Shown here piece after piece: positions 54,401-64,000 of a stretch of 64,000 nucleotides of DNA (position 1 is its first letter; each line of letters opens with the position of its first letter). The position numbers and the translations under genes were made by a program. Under the pieces are notes generated by a model, which worked only from the letters and a program-made list of their open reading frames with translations, did no database searches and was not told the DNA's origin. This DNA comes from the human T2T-CHM13v2.0 reference genome, Homo sapiens. Location: the NCBI RefSeq assembly GCF_009914755.1, contig NC_060948.1, one strand, 5' to 3'.

Positions 54401-57400
54401 AATGGAATTGAATCGAATGGAATCGAATGGATTGGAAAGGAATAGAATGGAATGGAATGGAATTGACTCAAATGGAATGGACTAGAATGGAATGGATTCG
54501 AATGGAAGGCAAAGGAATGGAATCTATTGGAATGGACTGTAATGGAATGGAATGGAAGGGATTGGAATGGACTCGAATGGAATGGACTGCAATAGAAAGG
54601 ATTCGAATGGAATGAAAAAGAATTGAATGGAATAGAACAGAATGGAATCAAATCGAATGAAATGGAATGGAATAGAAAGGAATGGAATGAAATGGAATGG
54701 AAAGGATTCGAATGGAATGCAATCGAATGGAATGGAATCGAACGGAATGGAATAAAATGGAAGAAAACTGGCAAGAAATGGAATCGAAATGAATGGAGTG
54801 TTATGGAACGGAGTCAAAAGGAATTGAATGTAATAGAATGGAGTGGAGTGGACTCGAATATAATGGACTGGAATGGAATGAAATCACATGGAATGGGAAC
54901 GAATGGAATGGAATGGAAAGGAATGGAATCGAATGGAAAGGAATCGAATGGAAGGGAATGAAATTGAATCAACAGGAATGGAAGGGAATAGAATAGATGG
55001 TAATGGAATGGACTCGAATAGAATGGACACGAATGCTCAAATTGAATGGACTCGAATGGAATGGAAACGAAAGGAATGTCATCGAATGGAATTGAATCGA
55101 TTGGAATGAAATCGCATAGAATGGAGTGGAATCAAATGGAATTGAATCGAAAGGAAAGGAAGCGAATGGACTGAAATGAAATGGAATGGAATTGAATGGA
55201 AAGTAATGCAATGGAATAGAATGGAACGAAATTTCACGGAATGGAATCAAACTGAATGGAATCAAATCAATGGAATCAAATCAAATGGAATGGAAAGGAA
55301 TTGAATGGAGTAGATTGGATTGGATGGGATTGGAATGAAATGTACTGGAAAGGACTCGAATTTCATGAAACGGAATGGAATGAATTGGAACGGAATGGAC
55401 TCGAATGGAATGGAATGTCATGGAATGGCATCAAATGGAATGGAATCAAATGGAATGGAATCGAATGCAATGGAATGCTATGGAATGGAATGGAATGCAT
55501 TGGAATGGAATGTCCTCTAATGGAATGGATTCGAGTGGAATGGAATCGAATATAATGGAGTCGAATGAAATGGAATTGAAAGGAATGGGATCGAATACAA
55601 TGGAATATACTGGAATGTAATGTAATGAACTCGAATGTAATTGACTGGAATGGAATGTACATGAATGGAATGTAATCGAATGGAAAGTAATCCAATGGAA
55701 TAGAATCTAATGCAATAAAATCGACTCAGATAGAGTAGAATGTAATGGAATGGAGTGCAGTGCAATGGAATGGAATGGAATGGAATGCAATGAAATGGAA
55801 TGGAATGGAATGGAATGGAATGGAATGGGATGGAATGGTATGGAATGGATAGTAATGGACTGGAGTGAAATGGACTGGAAAGGAATGGACTCAAATTGAA
55901 AGGGCTCGAAAGGAATGGAGTCAAATGGAATGGTCTGGAATGGAATGAACACGAATGTAATGCAATCCAATAGAATGGAATCGAATGGCATGGAATATAA
56001 AGAAATGGAATCGAAGAGAATGGAAACAAATGGAATGGAATTGAATGGAATGGAATTGAATGGAATGGGAATGAATGGAGTGAAATTGTATGCAGTAGAA
56101 GGGAATAGAATGGAATGCAAGCGAAAGGAAAGGAATGGATTGGAATGGAATGGAATTCATTGGAATGGAAGGGAATGTAGTGTAATGGACAGGCCTGGAA
56201 TAAAGTGGAATGCTACGGTCTCGAATGGAATAAAAATGTATGGAATGGAATGCAATGAAACGGAATCGAATGTCATAGAATGTAATGGAATGCAAAAAAA
56301 TGGAATCCAAAATCATTGACTGGAAAGGCTGGGTGTCGAAAGGAATTGACTCCAATGGAATGGAATCGAATGGAATGGAAGTGAATAGAATCGAACTAAA
56401 TCGAATGGAATGGAATTGATAGGAACGGAATGGAAAGGAATGCAATGATTTGGCATGGAATGGAATCGAATGGCATCGAATGGAATGGAATGGAATGCAA
56501 TGGAATGGAATGTATTAGAATGTAATGAACTTTAATGGAATGTACTCGAATGGATTCGACTGGAATGGAATGTTCTGGAAGTGAATGGACTCCAATGGAA
56601 TGGATTCAAAAGGAATGGAATCGTACGGAATGGAATCTAATGGAATGGAATTAAATGGAAATGAATCAAATTGAATAGCACGGAATTGAATTGAATGGAA
56701 TGGAATGCAATGGAATCTAATGAAATGGAAAGGAAAGGAATGGAATGGAATGGAATGGGCTGGAATGGAAAGGAATCGAAACGAATGGAATGGAATCGAA
56801 CTGAAGAGACTGGAATGGAATGCACTGGAATGGAAGGGAGTGTAATGGAAGGTTCTCGACAAAAATGGAATCGAATGGAATGGAATTGAATGGAACGGAA
56901 TAGAGTCGAATGGAATTGAATGGAATGGAATGGACTAGAGTGAAATGGAATCGAACCACAAGGAATGGACAGGAATAGAATGGTCTCGAATTGAATGGAA
57001 TCGTATGGAATGGCATCAAACGGAATGGAATGGACAGCCACGGAATGGAATGCACTCGAATGCAATGGAGTCGAAACTAATGGACTGGAATAGAATGGAC
57101 TCGACTGGTACGGACTCCAATGGAATGGAATCGAATGGAAGGGAATCGAACAGAATGGACTCGAAGGGAAAAGACTGCAATGGAAAGGTCTCGAATGGAA
57201 TGGAAATTAATGGAATGGAATGGAATCGAATGAAATGGAGTCAAAAGGAATGGAATCGAATGGCAAGAAATCGAATGTAATGGAATCGCAAGGAATTGAT
57301 GTGAACGGAACGGAATGGAATGGAATCCAAAGGAATGGAATAGAATGGAATGGAATCGAATGGAAAGGACTCGAATGGAAATCACTCGAATAGAATGCAA

Positions 57401-60400
57401 TTTAATAAAATAGGATCAAATGTAATGGAATGGAATGGAAAGGAATCGAAACGAAAGGAATGGAGACAGATGGAATGGAATGGAACAGAGAGCAATGGTA
57501 TAGAATGGAATGGAATCATCTGGAATGGAATTGAATGGAATGGAATAATATGAAATGGAATGGAATGGAATGCCCTTGAATTAAATGGACTGGACTCGAA
57601 TAGAGTGGAATGGAAAGTTTTGAGATAGAATGGAATGGACCCCTTTGGAATGGTCTAGTATGCAATGCAATCGACTGGCAGGGAATCAAAAGGAATGTAA
57701 TCGAATGGATTGGACTGGAAAGCAATGGACTCGAATAGATTGGAAACGGAATGCAAAGGAATGGAATGGAATAGTATGGAATGGAATGGAAGGGAATGGA
57801 GTGGAATAGACTAGAGTGGAATGGAATGGACTGGAAAGCAATGGACTGGAATCGAACATTCTTGAATGGACTGGAATCAAACGGAATGGAATGCAATGCA
57901 ATCAAATGGCATGGAATAAAATAGAATGAAAGAGAATCAAATGGAATTGAATCGAATGGAATCGAATGGATTGGAAAGGAATAGAATGGAATGGAATGGA
58001 ATTGACTCAAATGGAATGGACTAGAATGGAATGGATTCGAATGGAAGGCAAAGGAATGGAATCTATTGGAATGGACTGTAATGGAATGGAATGGAAGGGA
58101 TTGGAATGGACTCGAATGGAATGGACTGCAATAGAAAGGATTCGAATGGAATGAAAAAGAATTGAATGGAATAGAACAGAATGGAATCAAATCGAATGAA
58201 ATGGAATGGAATAGAAAGGAATGGAATGAAATGGAATGGAAAGGATTCGAATGGAATGCAATCGAATGGAATGGAATCGAACGGAATGGAATAAAATGGA
58301 AGAAAACAGGCAAGAAATGGAATCGAAAGGAATGGAGTGTTATGGAACGGACTCAAAAGGAATTGAATGTAATAGAATGGAGTGGAGTGGACTCGAATAT
58401 AATGGACTGGAATGGAATGAAATCACATGGAATGGGAACGAATGGAATGGAATGGAAAGGAATGGAATCGAATGGAAAGGAATCGAATGGAAGGGAATGA
58501 AATTGAATCAACAGGAATGGAAGGGAATAGAATAGACGGTAATGGAATGGACTCGAATAGAATGGACACGAATGCTCAAATTGAATGGACTCGAATGGAA
58601 TGGAAACGAAAGGAATGTCATCGAATGGAATTGAATCGATTGGAATGAAATCGCATAGAATGGAGTGGAATCAAATGGAATTGAATCGAAAGGAAAGGAA
58701 GCGAATGGACTGAAATGAAATGGAATGGAATTGAATGGAAAGTAATGCAATGGAATAGAAGGGAACGAAATTTCACGGAATGGAATCAAACTGAATGGAA
58801 TCAAATCAATGGAATCAAATCAAATGGAATGGAAAGGAATTGAATGGAGTAGATTGGATTGCATGGGATTGGAATGAAATGTACTGGAAAGGACTCGAAT
58901 TTCATGAAACGGAATGGAATGAATTGGAACGGAATGGACTCGAATGGAATGGAATGTCATGGAATGGCATCAAATGGAATGGCATCAAATGGAATGGAAT
59001 CGAATGCAATGGAATGCTATGGAATGGAATTGAATGCATTGGAATGGAATGTCCTCTAATGGAATGGATTCGAGTGGAATGGAATCGAATATAATGGAGT
59101 CGAATGAAATGGAATTGAAAGGAATGGGATCGAATACAATGGAATATACTGGAATGTAATGTAATGAACACGAATGTAACTGACTGGAATGGAATGTACA
59201 TGAATGGAATGTAATCGAAAGGAAAGTAATCCAATGGAATAGAATCTAATGCAATAAAATCGACTCAGATAGAGTAGAATGTAATGGAATGGAGTGCAGT
59301 GCAATGCAATGGAATGGAATGGAATGCAATGGAATGGAATGGAATGGAATGGAATGGAATGGAATGGAATGGAATGGGATGGAATGGTATGGAATGGATA
59401 GTAATGGACTGGAGTGAAATGGACTGGAAAGGAATGGACTCAAATTGAAAGGGCTCGAAAGGAATGGAGTCAAATGGAATGGTCTGGAATGGAATGAACA
59501 CGAATGTAATGCAATCCAATAGAATGGAATCGAATGGCATGGAATATAAAGAAATGGAATCGAAGAGAATGGAAACAAATGGAATGGAATTGAATGGAAT
59601 GGGAACGAATGGAGTGAAATTGTATGCAGTAGAAGGGAATAGAATGGAATGCAAGCGAAAGGAAAGGAATGGATTGGAATGGAATGGAATTCATTGGAAT
59701 GGAAGGGAATGTAGTGTAATGGACAGGCCTGGAATAAAGTGGAATGCTACGGTCTCGAATGGAATAAAAATGTATGGAATGGAATGCAATGAAACGGAAT
59801 CGAATGTCATAGAATGTAATGGAATGCAAAAAAATGGAATCCAAAATCATTGACTGGAAAGGCTGGGTGTCGAAAGGAATTGACTCCAATGGAATGGAAT
59901 CGAATGGAGTGGAAGTGAATAGAATCGAACTAAATCGAATGGAATGGAATTGATAGGAACGGAATGGAAAGGAATGCAATGATTTGGCACGGAATGGAAT
60001 CGAATGGCATCGAATGGAATGGAATGGAATGCAATGGAATGGAACGTATTAGAATGTAATGAACTTTAATGGAATGTACTCGAATGGATTCGACTGGAAT
60101 GGAATGTTCTGGAAGTGAATGGACTCCAATGGAATGGATTCAAAAGGAATGGAATCGTACGGAATGGAATCTAATGGAATGGAATTAAATGGAAATGAAT
60201 CAAATTGAATAGCATGGAATTGAATTGAATGGAATCGAATGCAATGGAATCTAATGAAACGGAAAGGAAAGGAATGGAATGGAATGGAATGGGCTGGAAT
60301 GGAAAGGAATCGAAACGAATGGAATGGAATCGAACTGAAGAGACTGGAATGGAATGCACTGGAATGGAAGGGAGTGTAATGGAAGGTTCTCGAAAAAAAT

Positions 60401-61900
60401 GGAATCGAATGGAATGGAATTGAATGGAACGGAATAGAGTCGAATGGAATTGAATGGAATGGAATGGACTAGAGTGAAATGGAATCGAACCACAAGGAAT
60501 GGACAGGAATAGAATGGTCTCGAATTGAATGGAATCGTATGGAATGGCATCAAACGGAATGGAATGGACAGCCACGGAATGGAATGCACTCGAATGCAAT
60601 GGAGTCGAAACTAATGGACTGGAATAGAATGGACTCGACTGGTACGGACTCCAATGGAATGGAATCGAATGGAAGGGAATCGAACGGAATGGACTCGAAG
60701 GGAAAAGACTGCAATGGAAAGGTCTCGAATGGAATGGAAATAAATGGAATGGAATGGAATCGAATGAAATGGAGTCAAAAGGAATGGAATCGAATGGCAA
60801 GAAATCGAATGTAATGGAATCGCAAGGAATTGATGTGAACGGAACGGAATGGAATGGAATCCAAAGGAATGGAATAGAATGGAATGGAATCGAATGGAAA
60901 GGACTCGAATGGAAATCACTCGAATAGAATGCAATTTAATAAAATAGGACCAAATGTAATGGAATGGAATGGAAAGGAATCGAAACGAAAGGAATGGAGA
61001 CAGATGGAATGGAATGGAACAGAGAGCAATGGTATAGAATGGAATGGAATCATCTGGAATGGAATTGAATGGAATGGAATAATATGAAATGGAATGGAAT
61101 GGAATGGAATGGAATGCCCTTGAATTAAATGGACTGGAATGGAATGGACTCGAACAGAGTGGAATGGAAAGTGTTGAGATAGAATGGAATGGACTCGTTA
61201 GGAATGGTCTAGTAGGCAATGCAATCGACTGGCAGGGAATCAAAAGGAATGTAATCGAATGGATTGGACAGGAATGCAATGGACTCGAATAGATTGCAAA
61301 CGGAATGCAAAGGAATGGAATGGAATAGTATGGAATGGAATGGAAAGGAATGGAGTAGAATAGACTAGAGTGGAATGGAATGGACTGGAAAGAAATGGAC
61401 TGGAATGGAACTTTCTTGAATGGACTGGAATCAAACGGAATGGAATGCAATGCAATCAAATGGCATGGAATAAAATAGAATGAAAGAGAATCAAATGGAA
61501 TTGAATCGAATGGAATCGAATGGATTGGAAAGGAATAGAATGGAATGGAATGGAATGGACTAGAATGGAATGGATTCGAATGGAAGGCAAAGGAATGGAA
61601 TCTATTGGAATGGACTGTAATGGAATGGAATGGAAGGGATTGGAATGGACTCGAATGGAATGGACTGCAATAGAAAGGATTCGAATGGAATGAAAAAGAA
61701 TTGAATGGAATAGAACAGAATGGAATCAAATCGAATGAAATGGAATGGAATAGAAAGGAATGGAATGAAATGGAATGGAAAGGATTCGAATGGAATGCAA
61801 TCGAATGGAATGGAATCGAACGGAATGGAATAAAATGGAAGAAAACTGGCAAGAAATGGAATCGAAATGAATGGAGTGTTATGGAACGGACTCAAAAGGA
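39432..61900 (+). repeat. Higher-order duplicated block, downstream copy, with two additional monomers (~45.1-48.6 kb and ~54.0-57.5 kb; boundaries approximate)
   Basis: The offset grows by 3559 bp and then 3549 bp along the block, one monomer each time. Confidence 0.75.
40620..46176 (+). repeat. DYZ1: Fused DYZ1 dimer (5557 bp) with the same 1545-bp deletion, copy 2
   Basis: Identical junction at ~43217-43247, 19772 bp downstream of copy 1, with the same private flanking variants. Confidence 0.9.
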
Positions 61901-64000
61901 ATTGAATGTAATAGAATGGAGTGGAGTGGACTCGAATATAATGGACTGGAATGGAATGAAATCACATGGAATGGGAACGAATGGAATGGAATGGAAAGGA
62001 ATGGAATCGAATGGAAAGGAATCGAATGGAAGGGAATGAAATTGAATCAACAGGAATGGAAGGGAATAGAATAGACGGTAATGGAATGGACTCGAATAGA
62101 ATGGACACGAATGCTCAAATTGAATGGACTCGAATGGAATGGAAACGAAAGGAATGTCATCGAATGGAATTGAATCGATTGGAATGAAATCGCATAGAAT
62201 GGAGTGGAATCAAATGGAATTGAATCGAAAGCAAAGGAAGCGAATGGACTGAAATGAAATGGAATGGAATTGAATGGAAAGTAATGCAATGGAATAGAAT
62301 GGAACGAAATTTCACGGAATGGAATCAAACTGAATGGAATCAAATCAATGGAATCAAATCAAATGGAATGGAAAGGAATTGAATGGAGTAGATTGGATTG
62401 GATGGGATTGGAATGAAATGTACTGGAAAGGACTCGAATTTCATGAAACGGAATGGAATGAATTGGAACGGAATGGACTCGAATGGAATGGAATGTCATG
62501 GAATGGCATCAAATGGAATGGCATCAAATGGAATGGAATCGAATGCAATGGAATGCTATGGAATGGAATGGAATGCATTGGAATGGAATGTCCTCTAATG
62601 GAATGGATTCGAGTGGAATGGAATCGAATATAATGGAGTCGAATGAAATGGAATTGAAAGGAATGGGATCGAATACAATGGAATATACTGGAATGTAATG
62701 TAATGAACTCGAATGTAATTGACTGGAATGGAATGTACATGAATGGAATGTAATCGAATGGAAAGTAATCCAATGGAATAGAATCTAATGCAATAAAATC
62801 GACTCAGATAGAGTAGAATGTAATGGAATGGAGTGCAGTGCAATGGAATGGAATGGAATGGAATGCAATTGAATGGAATGGAATGGAATGGAATGGAATG
62901 GAATGGAATGGAATGGAATGGGATGGAATGGTATGGAATGGATAGTAATGGACTGGAGTGAAATGGACTGGAAAGGAATGGACTCAAATTGAAAGGGCTC
63001 GAAAGGAATGGAGTCAAATGGAATGGTCTGGAATGGAATGAACACGAATGTAATGCAATCCAATAGAATGGAATCGAATGGCATGGAATATAAAGAAATG
63101 GAATCGGAGAGAATGGAAACAAATGGAATGGAATTGAATGGAATGGGAACGAATGGAGTGAAATTGTATGCAGTAGAAGGGAATAGAATGGAATGCAAGC
63201 GAAAGGAAAGGAATGGATTGGAATGGAATGGAATTCATTGGAATGGAAGGGAATGTAGTGTAATGGACAGGCCTGGAATAAAGTGGAATGCTACGGTCTC
63301 GAATGGAATAAAAATGTATGGAATGGAATGCAATGAAACGGAATCGAATGTCATAGAATGTAATGGAATGCAAAAAAATGGAATCCAAAATCATTGACTG
63401 GAAAGGCTGGGTGTCGAAAGGAATTGACTCCAATGGAATGGAATCGAATGGAATGGAAGTGAATAGAATCGAACTAAATCGAATGGAATTTAATTGATAG
63501 GAACGGAATGGAAAGGAATGCAATGATTTGGCATGGAATGGAATCGAATGACATCGAATGGAATGGAATGGAATGCAATGGAATGGAACGTATTAGAATG
63601 TAATGAACTTTAATGGAATGTACTTGAATGGATTCGACTGGAATGGAATGTTCTGGAAGTGAATGGACTCCAATGGAATGGATTCAAAAGGAATGGAATC
63701 GTACGGAATGGAATCTAATGGAATGGAATTAAATGGAAATGAATCAAATTGAATAGCACGGAATTGAATTGAATGGAATGGAATGCAATGGAATCTAATG
63801 AAACGGAAAGGAAAGGAATGGAATGGAATGGAATGGGCTGGAATGGAAAGGAATCGAAACGAATGGAATGGAATCGAACTGAAGAGACTGGAATGGAATG
63901 CACTGGAATGGAAGGGAGTGTAATGGAAGGTTCTCGAAAAAAATGAAATGGAATGGAATAGAATTGAATGGAACGGAATAGAGTCGAATGGAATTGAATG

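Larger units (their letters stand above)
1..64000 (+). repeat. DYZ1: Human satellite III (HSat3) array, DYZ1 family (Yq12 heterochromatin); degenerate (GGAAT)n in ~3.55-kb tandem monomers
   Basis: Seen: GGAAT and its variants (CGAAT, GCAAT, TGAAT, GGACT) fill the window. The landmark TCTCGAAAA recurs at 1, 3560, 7118, 10641, 14185, 17734, 20848, 26415, 29974, 33508, 37057, 40620, 46177, 49746, 53305, 56854 (variant TCTCGACAA), 60388 and 63932. Canonical ACAGGCCTGG (HaeIII/StuI) has GGCC at 2898, 6457, 9980, 13523, 17072, 20186, 25753, 29312, 32846, 36395, 39958, 45515, 49084, 52643, 56192, 59726 and 63270. Knowledge: a ~3.56-kb pentamer-based monomer cut once by HaeIII and EcoRI is the classical DYZ1 repeat. 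Confidence 0.96.

Noticed and set aside
92-63903. Hundreds of ORFs of the MEWNG (+) and FHSIP (-) type
   Set aside because: These are the direct translations of (GGAAT)n and (ATTCC)n, which contain no stop codon in any frame. They overlap in all frames, recur with the monomer and show no domain or gene structure.
1-64000. CRISPR-like or other repeat-spacer coding system
   Set aside because: There are no unique spacers. The variant pentamers recur at the same positions in every 3.55-kb monomer, and there are no associated genes.
1-64000. DYZ2 (AT-rich/Alu-containing) units, Alu or L1 insertions, or strand inversions known from Yq12
   Set aside because: None seen. The + strand stays GGAAT-oriented throughout, with no non-satellite interval.
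1-64000. HSat2 or an autosomal HSat3 array such as 9q12
   Set aside because: The HSat2 signature (CATTCGATTC/GATGATTCC-rich units) is not dominant. The 3.56-kb period, single HaeIII/EcoRI sites and recalled Y primer sites fit DYZ1. A BLAST against a complete human assembly would settle it.

Overview
The whole 64 kb is one uninterrupted, single-orientation array of human satellite III (HSat3). It is built from the pentamer GGAAT (+ strand; ATTCC on the - strand) and organised into ~3.55-kb monomers, each normally with one HaeIII (GGCC) and one EcoRI (GAATTC) site. This matches DYZ1, the main repeat of Yq12 heterochromatin. There are 19 monomer-equivalents: 14 near-full-length (3523-3569 bp), one with a 440-bp deletion, and two fused dimers sharing a 1545-bp deletion. 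I see no genes, RNA genes, transposons, CRISPR arrays or inversions, and every supplied ORF is a translation artefact of the pentamer. The interesting features are internal. A ~15-kb multi-monomer block recurs about 20-27 kb downstream with two extra monomers inserted. A microhomology deletion junction sits next to a newly gained HaeIII site. Monomers are mosaics of one another, the 5-bp register is strongly conserved, and the consensus monomer has three perfect in-register heat-shock elements (nGAAnnTTCnnGAAn). I found no new protein-coding system. All coordinates and variant calls were made by eye and need checking by alignment.
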